A stretch of DNA of 64,000 nt from Spirochaetota bacterium (GTDB lineage: Bacteria > Spirochaetota > UBA4802 > UBA5550), in assembly GCA_963664815.2 (NCBI GenBank), contig CAXXHB010000003.1:1536001-1600000 (forward strand), written 5' to 3'. Below are positions 10,425 through 21,258 of this stretch, in pieces; positions within the stretch are counted from its first letter, which is position 1, and the number at the start of each line of letters is the position of its first letter. A model generated the notes under the pieces. It ran no database searches and was not told the origin of the DNA. It saw only the letters and a list, made by a program, of their open reading frames with translations. A program made the translations under genes and the position numbers.

Positions 10425-10720
10425 ACCATTACTTAGATTTTTTAATTATAACATGAGAATGGAAAAATAGTCAAAAAAAATCAATTCATTAATTATTTTT
10501 ATCAGTTACACTAATTCTTTTTAAATTAACGGTTAGTAATACTTGATATAATTAGTATAAATTTATTTTTTGATTAAAAAAAGATGTTTCAGAATGCTTA
10601 ACGATGTATGTGAAAAAATGTTGCTTAAGACTTAATTGGTTTTAAAAAATTAATAAATGTATTGATTATTGTTGAATTAATCTGAAATGTAAAACAACTA
10701 ATGATTTTTATAACAGAAAT

Positions 10721-11845
10721 ATGATAAACAACGGTATTTATATACACATTCCATTTTGCAGAAGTAAATGCGATTACTGCAGCTTTTATTCCATAAAACC
10801 AGGTGGCGATGGTTATATGGAGGAATACATTGATTCTTTATTGAGTGAAATAAATTTTATATCTGAATCTCATATGAAGGTCAATGTTGATTCGGTTTAT
10901 TTCGGTGGAGGAACACCCTCTTTGCTGGAACCGTCTCATATTGAGAAGATAATAAAGCTTCTTTCCGGCAGATTTTCTCTCAGCATCGATTCCGAAATAA
11001 CAATTGAAATGAATCCTGATGATCTTACCATTAATAAACTGGATGGTTTTATCGCGTCGGGTGTAAACAGAATAGTTCTGGGCGTTCAGACATTTGATCC
11101 GGACCTTGGAAGAGAAATCGGACGTAAAGGAAAAATTATTTCAAAGGCTGACATGGATATTTTTTTCTCTTATAAAAAATTTATCAGATGCATTGATATT
11201 ATGGCCGGGCTTCCGGGACAGAATGCGTCCCAACTAATAAAAGATCTGGAAACAGTTACAGAGTATAAACCTGAACATATCTCTCTTTACCTCCTTTCAG
11301 TTGATGAAGATACACCGCTGGGTTCAAGGTTTTTTCCCGATGAAAAATTTGAAGAAAAACAGGCTGAATTGTGGGGAGCTGCTATAAGTTTTCTTGAGTG
11401 TAAAGGATATAATCATTACGAGATTTCGAACTATGCGCTTCCCGGATTTGAGTCGAGACATAATTCAAAGTACTGGGACTATACTCCATATTTCGGCTTC
11501 GGTTCAGGTGCTCACTCGTTTGTTGACGGGAAAAGGTATTACAACAGGCTGGAAGCTGGTGAATATATTAAGAGTGGGGAGTTTATGTATGAGGTTGAAA
11601 CACCCGATGAAAATAACATCGTTGTTGAATTTATAATGACTTCTTTAAGGCGTATGAAGGGTTTCAGTTCCGGTGAATTTGCTGCGGTAACCGGGCATCC
11701 GCTTCCCGGGAATATTCGTACAAAGCTTAACAATCTAGAAGAAGAGGGTATGATGGAGATATCCGGCGGAAGATTTTATTTATCGAAAAAAGGAATTTTT
11801 TTTACGGATTCGATAATCTACAGACTCGTAGAGGATTTTCTCTGA
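10721..11845 (+). CDS. hemW: Radical SAM heme chaperone HemW
   Basis: YIHIPFCRSKCDYC, GGGTPS, YEISNY, HNSKYW (HNxxYW). Confidence 0.9.
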   Translation: MINNGIYIHIPFCRSKCDYCSFYSIKPGGDGYMEEYIDSLLSEINFISESHMKVNVDSVYFGGGTPSLLEPSHIEKIIKLLSGRFSLSIDSEITIEMNPDDLTINKLDGFIASGVNRIVLGVQTFDPDLGREIGRKGKIISKADMDIFFSYKKFIRCIDIMAGLPGQNASQLIKDLETVTEYKPEHISLYLLSVDEDTPLGSRFFPDEKFEEKQAELWGAAISFLECKGYNHYEISNYALPGFESRHNSKYWDYTPYFGFGSGAHSFVDGKRYYNRLEAGEYIKSGEFMYEVETPDENNIVVEFIMTSLRRMKGFSSGEFAAVTGHPLPGNIRTKLNNLEEEGMMEISGGRFYLSKKGIFFTDSIIYRLVEDFL

Positions 11846-12174
11846 ATTGATAGGGAGCAGATTCAATTTTCTCAGACATTTATACCCGTATTTATTGAAG
11901 GATTGCCTGAATTTACATTGATTTCCTCCGAAATTTTTAATTATTGTATCGATAAAAGGTCTTGACTTTATATTCGGATTATAGTTTTAAGAATAAACTT
12001 TTAAAGGGCTTTATTTTTTCAGAAAGATCAGTTTAAATTTTCAAATCATCGCTGATTTTAATCTTAAAAAAATTTTCTCGCGAAATTGTTTAAGTAAAAC
12101 TTGCAGAATGCCAGGTAAATGATGGCATCGGCTTTTATAGTAAAATTAATCATATTAAGGATGGAATTCAGGAA

Positions 12175-12915
12175 ATGCAAAGAAAAGTGTATTTAAAAAC
12201 TGTTATGTTAATTATGTTTATATTCATAACAATTATTGCAGATGCGGTATATCAATCCTCACCACAAATGATAGCAGAGCATGAACGATGGATGAAGCGT
12301 TATCGTGCCGAGAAAAAATTTAAAGAGAATGTCTTTACTGCATTTCAAAGTGTTCCACGTGAATTTTTTGTACCGGCGGATAAACAGAGTCAGACTTATA
12401 GAGATATAAATGTTCCAATAGGCTACGGGCAGACAATTACCAAAGCCTGGTTTGTTGCATATATGACTGATAAACTTGATGTACAACCGAGTGATAAGGT
12501 TCTTGAAATCGGATCAGGTTCAGGATATCAGGCTTCAATATTATATCAGATTACAAAAAATGTATATTCAATAGAGATTGTTGAACCTCTTGCAGTTCAG
12601 GCAGCAAAAAGATGGATGGAAATTGGCTATACGGGAATCAAGGGAAAAGCGGCAGATGGATATTACGGCTGGACAGAACATGCTCCATTTGACAAGATTA
12701 TTGTAACATGTGGAGCAGACCATGTTCCGACCTATCTGCTTCAGCAGCTTAAACCGGGTGGAATTATGGTTATACCAGTAGGCAATCCCTTTGATCATCA
12801 GACCCTGCTTCTTTTAAGAAAAAAAGAAGATGGCAAAATAACAACCGAGCGTCTCTACTCCTGTAAGTTTGTCCCTTTTACAGGCAAGATGCTTGAAAAG
12901 TATAACAAGAAGTAA
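12175..12915 (+). CDS. pcm: Protein-L-isoaspartate O-methyltransferase with N-terminal signal-like segment
   Basis: VPREFF, PIGYGQTI, VLEIGSGSGYQA, APFDKIIVT, QLKPGG, FVPFTG. Confidence 0.9.
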   Translation: MQRKVYLKTVMLIMFIFITIIADAVYQSSPQMIAEHERWMKRYRAEKKFKENVFTAFQSVPREFFVPADKQSQTYRDINVPIGYGQTITKAWFVAYMTDKLDVQPSDKVLEIGSGSGYQASILYQITKNVYSIEIVEPLAVQAAKRWMEIGYTGIKGKAADGYYGWTEHAPFDKIIVTCGADHVPTYLLQQLKPGGIMVIPVGNPFDHQTLLLLRKKEDGKITTERLYSCKFVPFTGKMLEKYNKK

Positions 12916-12919
12916 CTTT

Positions 12920-15313
12920 ATGCAGCTTTATATACCTGTTTTTTTTATATCCATAGCTATTCTTGCCGCAGAGATGGTTATAATCCGTGTGATGAGTGTG
13001 GTAAACAGCGCATCCTTTGCCTCGATGGTTATAAGTATTGCTCTTCTGGGTTTTGGTATTTCAGGGACAATGATTACCATGCTTCGCAAAAGGATTGAAC
13101 CACAGATTGACAAAGTGCTTTTTATCTCTGCAATGGCTGCGATGCTTTTAACTTCAGTAACACTTCCACTTGCGGGCTTTGTGGATTTTGTTCCACAGAG
13201 TCTTCATGAGGACTATACTCAGATATTCAGAATCGGCGCGTTTTACCTGATTTTCTTCATGCCGTTTTTCGTCGGGTCTTTTTTTATAAATCTTTCTTTT
13301 TTAAAGGCAAAAACCGGTATAGGTCACCTCTACTTTTTCAATCTCACAGGTTCGGGAATAGGTGCCCTTGCAATTCTGCTGCTTATGACTGTAATTGAAC
13401 CATCAATGCTGATGCTGCCGGTTGTACTTTTCTCTGTTGTGCCGGTATTGATTACTATGCCGCGGACAGTAAAAGGTATTGCAGTCGCAGCTTCCGGAAT
13501 AATACTCTCTCTTGTTCCTTTTATTGTCATGCCCGGATTGACGGTGTCTGCATATAAGGATATTTCATACGCGATGAAGTATCCGGACGTGAAGGTTATT
13601 GCAACAAAACCATCTCCATCGGGGTATATACAGGCAGTGCAGAGTTCAATGCTCCGTTTCGCACCCGGACTTTCACTTTCAAGCTATGATGTTATTACTC
13701 CAAATCAGGTTGGAATTTATACCGACGGATCCTCCGCTTCCGGTATCGCAATGCCTTTATCCGGTGATGAAGCGCGTTATATTGACTATCTCCCTTTTGC
13801 TCTGCCATTCGCAGTGAAGAAGTCACCCTCTGTACTGATACTCGGTGCAGGGGGAGGGAATCCGGTAATGTTTTCACGGCATCTGGGTTCATCCCGGGTT
13901 ACTGCCGTGGAACCTGATCTTCCACTGATGGAAATGATCCGTACAAAGTTTCCAAAGGCATGGAAAGGGGTATGGGAAGATCCATCCGTTCGTGTAGTAA
14001 ATTCTGACGGACGCTCTTTCTGCTCTGCAGATACCGGTAAATACGATATTATTACAATTCCGGCAATGTTATCATCGGGGATCTCTTTTTCATCAGGCTC
14101 CGGTCATGGTGAGAATTATCTTTTTACACGTGAGGCTTTTGCCGATTACATGGCCCGTCTTAAAAATGACGGGTTGTTAAATATTACCATGACGATGGAA
14201 TCTCCACCATGTGCGCTGCTTAAGCTCGAGACCCTTTCATTCAGCTACCTGAAGGATAGATATCCGGATGATTTCATGAAACGTATCATTTTCATGCGAG
14301 GGATGGACTGGGGAATGGTGCTTATCAAGAATGGTGTGTTTACTGCAGCGGAGATAACTGCTGTAAAGAAGTTCAACAATACACTTTCTGCTGATTTCAG
14401 CTGGTATCCGGGAATTAAAGAGAGTGAACTTAACAGTTATAACCTTATTGATGATGAACTCTATTATAAACTTGCATGTGCCTACAGAGATAACTGTGAG
14501 AAGGATTTTATATCATCATACGCTTTTATAATTGAACCCCCGGTGGATAATAAACCGTTTTTCAGGCATAATCTGAGAATCTCTGAAATTTCCAGATTAT
14601 TCAAGTCAGAAGATGAAGGGGAAGTTCTGCCATTTTCTGAATGGGGTTACCTGGTAATGTGGGCGACCCTGCTTCAGGGAATTGTGTTCGGAATAGTCGT
14701 AATCCTTATACCGGTATTTGCGCCTGGGGTAAGGTTTGTCAGCGAGAAGGGCAAAACAACTGTAATTACATATTTTTCAGCTCTTGGCCTTGGTTTTATG
14801 CTGGTGGAGATGTCGGTAATTCAAAAACTTACACTTGTGATTGCCAATCCTCTTTATAGTGTGGCGGTGGTAATTTCTGCTATATTAATTTTCTCAGGTA
14901 TGGGAGCATGGACAAGCGCGCGTTTCAGAACTGATCCGGTAAAGGGAATTAAAATTGCAGTAGCCGGTATAGCCATGGGAATGATTTTTAATGTTGCGCT
15001 TTTTGCTTTTTTTGCAAATAGTTTCCTGTCGTTTTCTGCAGCAGCGCGTATATGCATTGCAGTGCTTTCACTCGCGCCGGTCGGATTCTGCATGGGAATG
15101 CCTTTCCCTCTGGGGCTTCAGGTACTTGGCGACAGAAAAGAAGCTTTTATGCCGTGGGCCCTCGCTGTAAACGGTTCTGTATCAGTTTTTGCAGCGGTTC
15201 TGACAAATATTCTTTCAATGCACCTTGGTTTCATGACTGTTGCCGTTATAGCTATAGGTTGTTATTGTATAGCACTTATTTCTTTTCCGGGAAGATGGAT
15301 AAAGGAATCATAA
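12920..15313 (+). CDS. Multi-TM membrane protein with central spermidine-synthase-like SAM-binding domain; ATG 12920 preferred
   Basis: About 7 N-terminal and 6-7 C-terminal hydrophobic helices; VLILGAGGG, VTAVE, DGRSF, YDII, ENYLFT, DNKPFF; C-terminal GMPFPLG, WALAVNG. Confidence 0.75.
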   Translation: MQLYIPVFFISIAILAAEMVIIRVMSVVNSASFASMVISIALLGFGISGTMITMLRKRIEPQIDKVLFISAMAAMLLTSVTLPLAGFVDFVPQSLHEDYTQIFRIGAFYLIFFMPFFVGSFFINLSFLKAKTGIGHLYFFNLTGSGIGALAILLLMTVIEPSMLMLPVVLFSVVPVLITMPRTVKGIAVAASGIILSLVPFIVMPGLTVSAYKDISYAMKYPDVKVIATKPSPSGYIQAVQSSMLRFAPGLSLSSYDVITPNQVGIYTDGSSASGIAMPLSGDEARYIDYLPFALPFAVKKSPSVLILGAGGGNPVMFSRHLGSSRVTAVEPDLPLMEMIRTKFPKAWKGVWEDPSVRVVNSDGRSFCSADTGKYDIITIPAMLSSGISFSSGSGHGENYLFTREAFADYMARLKNDGLLNITMTMESPPCALLKLETLSFSYLKDRYPDDFMKRIIFMRGMDWGMVLIKNGVFTAAEITAVKKFNNTLSADFSWYPGIKESELNSYNLIDDELYYKLACAYRDNCEKDFISSYAFIIEPPVDNKPFFRHNLRISEISRLFKSEDEGEVLPFSEWGYLVMWATLLQGIVFGIVVILIPVFAPGVRFVSEKGKTTVITYFSALGLGFMLVEMSVIQKLTLVIANPLYSVAVVISAILIFSGMGAWTSARFRTDPVKGIKIAVAGIAMGMIFNVALFAFFANSFLSFSAAARICIAVLSLAPVGFCMGMPFPLGLQVLGDRKEAFMPWALAVNGSVSVFAAVLTNILSMHLGFMTVAVIAIGCYCIALISFPGRWIKES

Positions 15314-15336
15314 ACAGGGATCATTATATAATTGAA

Positions 15337-15386
15337 ATATGGTATTGGTACTGCTTTTCATAAATCAACAGAGTACCAATCCATAT
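15337..15386. terminator. Inverted repeat downstream of the membrane methyltransferase-like gene
   Basis: ATATGGTATTGGTACT ... AGTACCAAT-CCATAT, 15-bp stem with one bulge. Confidence 0.4.
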
Positions 15387-15656
15387 GGTATTTTTACAGA
15401 ATTGTTGCTGTATATTTTTTTATACTTCTCAAATAAGAACTTCGTCTGCCGGTTGCTGATTAATTTAATATATATCGGATTTTACCGAAAATAAATCTAT
15501 CGCTGTTAATATACCTGAAAACTTCATTTAACTGCCTGATTCAAGAAGTTAAAATCCTGAAAACTACCCTGAGAACTGCCACAAAAACTTCTTATTGAAT
15601 TATGATACATTGCCGATACTAAAATGAATATTCATGTTCGGATCATGGAGGAGCAG

Positions 15657-16163
15657 ATGCATTATATTGCGCAAAAGCTGGTTAATATTATGAATCTTGA
15701 AAGAGAAATCTATCAGGACATTTTGGATATAGAAGAGAAAAAAAGTGAGGCAATACTGGGGAAGGATGGCAGAGTAATTGAAGAACTATCTGCCGGTCAG
15801 GAAAAACTACTTGTGAAGATTGAATCACTGGAAAATGAAAGATTGAAGTTTATGACTGAGTGCAGGAAGCAGATAAAGATGAACGCCAATCAGTCTGATA
15901 TAACTCTGCAGGATATAATTGATTCGGAAGACAGTAAAACCGGTTCAGTTTTGAATGAGTCGGGAGTTGAGTTGAAGAAAATTCTTCTTAAATTAAAGAA
16001 AATCCGGGATCTGAACTCACAGTTATTAAAGGATAATATGGAATTTTATGAAATACTGATTTCCGGGTTAAAAAACAGTTCAACCCTTAAGTCCGGTTAT
16101 GGGAAAGATGGCAAGGAAAAGGGGAGAGTTTTTAATCCGGTTTTGTTTAATATAAAAGCATAA
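15657..16163 (+). CDS. flgN: Flagellar export chaperone FlgN; ATG 15657 after GGAGG preferred
   Basis: Helical coiled-coil pattern, N..LL..N..F and YG tail; directly upstream of flgK. Confidence 0.8.
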   Translation: MHYIAQKLVNIMNLEREIYQDILDIEEKKSEAILGKDGRVIEELSAGQEKLLVKIESLENERLKFMTECRKQIKMNANQSDITLQDIIDSEDSKTGSVLNESGVELKKILLKLKKIRDLNSQLLKDNMEFYEILISGLKNSSTLKSGYGKDGKEKGRVFNPVLFNIKA

Positions 16164-16175
16164 AAGGGGAAAGAT

Positions 16176-18086
16176 ATGAATTCAACATTCATGGGACTTG
16201 AAATAGGCAAGAGGGGGCTTCAGTCTCATCAGCAGGCTCTTCATGTTACGGGTCATAATATTTCAAATGCAGAGAACAAGGAATATTCCAGGCAGAAGAT
16301 CGTAATTACATCGGCAGATCCTATTTATGCACCCGCGCTTAACAGGGACAATAATCCAGGGCAGATTGGACAGGGAAGTACGGTGGCATCGGTGGAAAGA
16401 ATAAGAGATTCTTTTATCGATGACAGAATGGTTTCAGAAAAAAATACAATGGGGTACCTGAAATCAAAAAATGACTTTATATACCAGATTGAAACAATTT
16501 ATAACGAACCCTCAGACCAGTCTATCCGCAGCAGAATGGATGCCATGTGGGCTTCGTGGCAGGAACTTTCAAAATATCCGGAGGAAAGATCTACAAGGGA
16601 GGTTGTAAAAGAAAAGGGAGTGCATCTTGCAAATGAAGTAAACAGTGTGTTCCGGCAGCTGTATGATCTCAGAAATGATGCCAACAGGCAGGTTGAGCAT
16701 CGCGTTAACCAGATTAATATATATGCATCAGAAATTCGTGACCTTAACGAGAGAATTCAGAAATCAGAATCTCTAGGAGATAGTCCGAATGATCTTAAAG
16801 ATCGACGTGATTCACTTATTGAAAAACTGTCTACTGTAGTCAATGTTTCGGTAGGAAGAAGCGACAAGAATGAAGTTATAGTATATATAGGGGGTGAAAA
16901 TCTGGTACAGGGCCCTATTTTAAGAGAACTTAAAGTCGTAAAAAATCCTGAAAACAGCGGGATGTTTGATGTAATATGGAAAAAAACAGAAACTCCTGTA
17001 TCGGTTAAGGGAGGAGAGCTTTATGGTCTTCTGGAAGTGAGGGATGTTATCATGAGGCAGAATCTTAATGATGTGAATGCTCTTGCCGTAAATATCTCTG
17101 ACCTTACAAATGAAGTTCACCGCGACGGATTCGGGAGAAGAGGAGAAACCAACAAGAATTTTTTCGATCATATAAACATCAGCGATGACAACGAGGGGAA
17201 TTTTGATTATAATAATGATGGCGTGAATGATACTACGGCTGTTTTTAAGGTTGCGGGGAGTAATAAAATTGATTCATCAGCTGCAATAGGAATGAGCGGT
17301 ACTCTGACTTTCGCAAAAAACGATGAGCTGAATTCAATTTCAGAGATTGATTATAACGAATCTGATACTGTTAATTCAATTATAAGAAAGATAAATGATG
17401 CCAAAATCGGAGTTGTGGCGTATATGGATCATAATGGAAATTTTGCGATAAAAGCAACAGTTGCTGCGGATACAGATAAAAAGAATTTTATGCTGCGGCA
17501 TATTGAGGATTCGGGTCAGTTTCTTGTAGGGCTGACGGGTGTTTTAAAGCAGAGCGGACAGCAGGGGTCATTTGACTATCGCAGGGTGAATGATATAGTT
17601 AAATTTCTTCCGGATAAGGAACATATAACAATTACTCCAAAATTAAATCCTGCAGCACATATGGCTGTTTCGCGTGAAATAGTCGAAGATGTTGATAAAA
17701 TTGCCGCAGCCAGGGGGAGTGACACAGGTGGAACCGGCGATTATAATACGTCAAACGGTGTTGGTGACGGTACGAATGCTCTTGCTATTGCCTCACTCAG
17801 ACATAAAGCAGCCATGGTTGACAGTAAAACCACTTTCAGTGAATTTTATACAGCATTAATTGCAAGAATTGGAACTCAGGGCGAAGAGACCAAGGATAGA
17901 ATAGAAAACCAGACAACCTTGATTAAAAACCTTGAGAACATGAGACAGTCGGTTTCAGGGATAAATCTTGATGAAGAGATGGCGAACATGGTTGCCTTTC
18001 AGCATGGTTATAATGCATCGGCCAGAGTAATTTCAACAATGGATAAAATGCTTGAAACTGTAATCAGATTGGGGGCAGGAGCGTAA
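16176..18086 (+). CDS. flgK: Flagellar hook-associated protein FlgK
   Basis: GLEIGKRGL, TGHNISNA, YSRQ, SGINLDEEMANM. Confidence 0.96.
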   Translation: MNSTFMGLEIGKRGLQSHQQALHVTGHNISNAENKEYSRQKIVITSADPIYAPALNRDNNPGQIGQGSTVASVERIRDSFIDDRMVSEKNTMGYLKSKNDFIYQIETIYNEPSDQSIRSRMDAMWASWQELSKYPEERSTREVVKEKGVHLANEVNSVFRQLYDLRNDANRQVEHRVNQINIYASEIRDLNERIQKSESLGDSPNDLKDRRDSLIEKLSTVVNVSVGRSDKNEVIVYIGGENLVQGPILRELKVVKNPENSGMFDVIWKKTETPVSVKGGELYGLLEVRDVIMRQNLNDVNALAVNISDLTNEVHRDGFGRRGETNKNFFDHINISDDNEGNFDYNNDGVNDTTAVFKVAGSNKIDSSAAIGMSGTLTFAKNDELNSISEIDYNESDTVNSIIRKINDAKIGVVAYMDHNGNFAIKATVAADTDKKNFMLRHIEDSGQFLVGLTGVLKQSGQQGSFDYRRVNDIVKFLPDKEHITITPKLNPAAHMAVSREIVEDVDKIAAARGSDTGGTGDYNTSNGVGDGTNALAIASLRHKAAMVDSKTTFSEFYTALIARIGTQGEETKDRIENQTTLIKNLENMRQSVSGINLDEEMANMVAFQHGYNASARVISTMDKMLETVIRLGAGA

Positions 18087-18089
18087 CAT

Positions 18090-19352
18090 ATGAACAGAAT
18101 TACAAACTCAATGATAAATAACACGATGACCTATAATCTGCAGAGACAACAGACAGATATGGATACCCTCCAGAATCAGCTTGGGACAGGGAAAACTGTA
18201 CAGTTGCCACGTGATAATCCAATCGCTGCAACAAACCAGATGATGTACCGGACACGTCTTTCCGAGATTGATCAGTATATTTCCAATATAAATGAAACTC
18301 AATCAAGGCTGAATGAGGTTGATACTGCACTTCAGTCAACTCTTCGAATTTTCCAGAGAATCAGAGAGCTTTCTGTTCAGGGTGCTAATGGTATTTATTC
18401 CAACTTTGAAAGAAAGGAGGCTGCCGCAGCTGAAATAAATCAGCTGCTTGAGGAGGTAGTAAGTCTTGCTAATACAAGGGGTGCAACAGGCAAAGCAATA
18501 TTCGGCGGATTTAAAACCGGTACGGAAGATCAGCCTAATCCATTCGTCCCGATATATATGACTCTTACTGCGGGAAGGCAGGGAGATGCAATGATCGGTG
18601 TTGAATATCGAGGAAATATCGGCCAGCAGGCAAGGGAAGTCGGAAAAAATGATTTTATGAATGTAAATATACCGGGAAATAAAGTTTTCTGGGCAACAGA
18701 TCAGATGCTCACCTCAAGCCTTGATGCGACTAATTATAATCCGACGACAAATCAGAAAATAAAAATCGATGGCAAGGAGATCTCAATATCTGCAGGAGAT
18801 AACATTGATATAATAATAGATAAAATCAATAATGCCGGATTAAATGTCAATGCGGCGAAGGGAGGAGTCAACAATCTAATTCTGTCAACAACTACACCTC
18901 ACCAGATATGGCTTGAGGATATGGGGAGCGGCACTGTTCTTCAGGATCTGGGTATAATCAACAAGAATTATCCCCAGCCTCCGAACAATATAGATTCCAC
19001 AGTAACGATAGGGGGCATGTCTATTTTTGAGATGATCATACAGGTAAGAGACGATCTGGTGCGTGGAGACCAGGAGCTTGTAGGGGGAAGAGATTTAGGT
19101 CTTATAGATATGGCTCTTGATAATATACTCAAGCATCTTGCATCAACAGGGGCTAAACAGAACAGAGCTGATGAGCTTGCAAAAAAAGCTGAATATGAAA
19201 AAGGGAATGTAACAGAGATTCTTGCTAAAAATGAAGGAATAGATTATCCTGAAACAATAATGAACTTCAAATGGCTTGAAAGCGTTCATGAATACGCCCT
19301 TTCAGTCGGAGCTAAAACAATAAGATCCACTTTAATGGATTTTTTAAGATAA
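18090..19352 (+). CDS. flgL: Flagellar hook-associated protein FlgL
   Basis: Flagellin-like N-terminus (QLGTGK, DNP), C-terminal TLMDFLR. Confidence 0.95.
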   Translation: MNRITNSMINNTMTYNLQRQQTDMDTLQNQLGTGKTVQLPRDNPIAATNQMMYRTRLSEIDQYISNINETQSRLNEVDTALQSTLRIFQRIRELSVQGANGIYSNFERKEAAAAEINQLLEEVVSLANTRGATGKAIFGGFKTGTEDQPNPFVPIYMTLTAGRQGDAMIGVEYRGNIGQQAREVGKNDFMNVNIPGNKVFWATDQMLTSSLDATNYNPTTNQKIKIDGKEISISAGDNIDIIIDKINNAGLNVNAAKGGVNNLILSTTTPHQIWLEDMGSGTVLQDLGIINKNYPQPPNNIDSTVTIGGMSIFEMIIQVRDDLVRGDQELVGGRDLGLIDMALDNILKHLASTGAKQNRADELAKKAEYEKGNVTEILAKNEGIDYPETIMNFKWLESVHEYALSVGAKTIRSTLMDFLR

Positions 19353-19435
19353 TATCTTTAACATGTCATGTCAGTAGATATTGAACAATCAGTTTTAATG
19401 TGTTGTAATGTTAATAATAATTGTGAGGTTTATGC

Positions 19436-19897
19436 TTGAGTATAAAAGTTGACACCAAACCTTTTGGAGAAATAGAGGTAAATGAACTTCAAATCATCGA
19501 TTTTCCGGAAGGAATTCTCGGATTTGATTTTATTAAAAAATTTATTATAATGGATGCTGAAGACGAAGGCTCACCATTTAAGTGGATGCAGGCTTTTGAT
19601 GAAAAGAATCTCGCATTTGTAATAATACAACCGGTTGATTTTATGGGCGAATATGAACTGGTTATTTCACAGAGTGATCTCGAAACTGTAAAATCTGAAA
19701 ATATAGATGAACTTATCACTTTTGCAATTGTTACAATTCCCGATAACCCAAGAAAAATGACTGCTAATCTTCAGGGACCTATTATTATCAATCCTGTAAA
19801 AAGAATAGGGAAACAGGCAATTTCGATGAGCGAACGCTATTCAGTCCGTCATAATATCCTTGACGAAATGAAAAAACATACAAAGGCGGGAGGATGA
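19436..19897 (+). CDS. fliW: Flagellar assembly factor FliW
   Basis: [27 protein letters not shown]. Confidence 0.95.
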   Translation: MSIKVDTKPFGEIEVNELQIIDFPEGILGFDFIKKFIIMDAEDEGSPFKWMQAFDEKNLAFVIIQPVDFMGEYELVISQSDLETVKSENIDELITFAIVTIPDNPRKMTANLQGPIIINPVKRIGKQAISMSERYSVRHNILDEMKKHTKAGG

Positions 19898-19901
19898 GAT
19901 T

Positions 19902-20147
19902 ATGCTTGTTCTTGCCAGAAGATTGAATGAAAGTATAATGATAGGCGATGATATTGAAGTCGTTGTGATAGATATTAAAGGTGATCAGGTTAAACTGGGA
20001 ATTAAAGCTCCAAGAAAAATCACAGTTCACAGGAAAGAAATTTATCAGGAAATAAAACAGGAAAATATTGCTGCAATCAGTTCTGATTTTGATCCTAATA
20101 CGTTAAGAGATCTGTCTGACTTATTTAAAAAAGATAAAAAGAAATGA
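19902..20147 (+). CDS. csrA: Carbon storage regulator CsrA
   Basis: [33 protein letters not shown]. Confidence 0.97.
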   Translation: MLVLARRLNESIMIGDDIEVVVIDIKGDQVKLGIKAPRKITVHRKEIYQEIKQENIAAISSDFDPNTLRDLSDLFKKDKKK

Positions 20148-20809
20148 ACAGCTACAGTCTTGTGTGTGCTCTTTCATCTGTATTTTTAATTTTTTTTATA
20201 ATGAGAGAGTATTTTGCTTATAAAAAGAATCTTTTTCTGAAATATTTTTTTACTCCATCATTGACATTAATACTTACAATAATGACTGTTCTATCAATTA
20301 TACAAAATGGATCTGAAAGATACAGAGTAATGATACTATTATCTTTGTTGATGGCGTTAATTGCCGATACGCTGTTAATGATAGAGGAAATTAATCTTTT
20401 AAAAAACGGGATAATTTTTTTTATTATGGCTCATGTTTTTTATATCATAGCATTTTCAGAATGTTTATCATTTAAGCCATGGAATTTAATCCTGATTGCA
20501 ATAATCGTATTTTTAAATTTCATATATATAAAAAAACTGGCAGCAACAGGGAATAAGATGTTAATACCTGTTCTGTTCTATATATTTATTTTGAACATGA
20601 TGGTCTATTCTGCAATAATAAGATTAAATAATGGAGTTTCTGTTTCTGCTGTTCTAGCTGCATCAGGAGCTATTATGTTTATTTTTTCAGATTTTATACT
20701 TTCGGTTAATGCATTTATAAAACCGGTGAAAAACAGTACGGTAATTACGTGGTTATTATATGCTCCAGCTCAGTATCTTATTGTTTTATCAACATTTACA
20801 AATAATTAA
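20144..20809 (+). CDS. YhhN / lysoplasmalogenase family membrane protein
   Basis: [30 protein letters not shown]; about 8 TM segments. Confidence 0.8.
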   Translation: MNSYSLVCALSSVFLIFFIMREYFAYKKNLFLKYFFTPSLTLILTIMTVLSIIQNGSERYRVMILLSLLMALIADTLLMIEEINLLKNGIIFFIMAHVFYIIAFSECLSFKPWNLILIAIIVFLNFIYIKKLAATGNKMLIPVLFYIFILNMMVYSAIIRLNNGVSVSAVLAASGAIMFIFSDFILSVNAFIKPVKNSTVITWLLYAPAQYLIVLSTFTNN

Positions 20810-21258
20810 AACAGCTTATTTTGATGACATATAAACAAACCAGAAATTAGTCGTAACAATAATTTGTAAAAAAATAATGTTACATTAATATAAAAAATAT
20901 AGAATTGATGGTAAAATAGTCGTCAATAAAGGCTTGACTTTGATTAACGTTTTTTTAATTTGTCGAAACTTTTTATAAAATTAATTTTACATAAAATACA
21001 TTCAATTGCATTATTGTACAATTATTATAAATCAGACTTTTTGCCAAGCTGATCAGGTTAAAAGGGATAAGTGAATTAATCTCTTTAAAACGCTCTCCGT
21101 AGTGCCGCACTTTTTGCACAGAGTTATTCGAAGCGGGGCTCACCTGTGAGTGTGAGATGTAGTTTCGCAACAGGTCAAATGTAATGATTCATTAAATTCC
21201 TGAACGGTTTGAAATTATTAAAAAAATAAATAAGTATTCAAATATATATAAAAGGAGA

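Noticed and set aside
15593-15619. GCCGATAC upstream of flgN (and ACCGATAA upstream of flgG) as sigma28 promoters
   Set aside because: Plausible context, but no TAAA -35 at the proper spacing; too weak to list
21048-21070. CTGATCAGGTTAA..AGGGA upstream of TPP-dependent PFOR resembles part of a TPP riboswitch
   Set aside because: The CTGAGA element and the P4/P5 partner strand are missing, so it cannot form the aptamer
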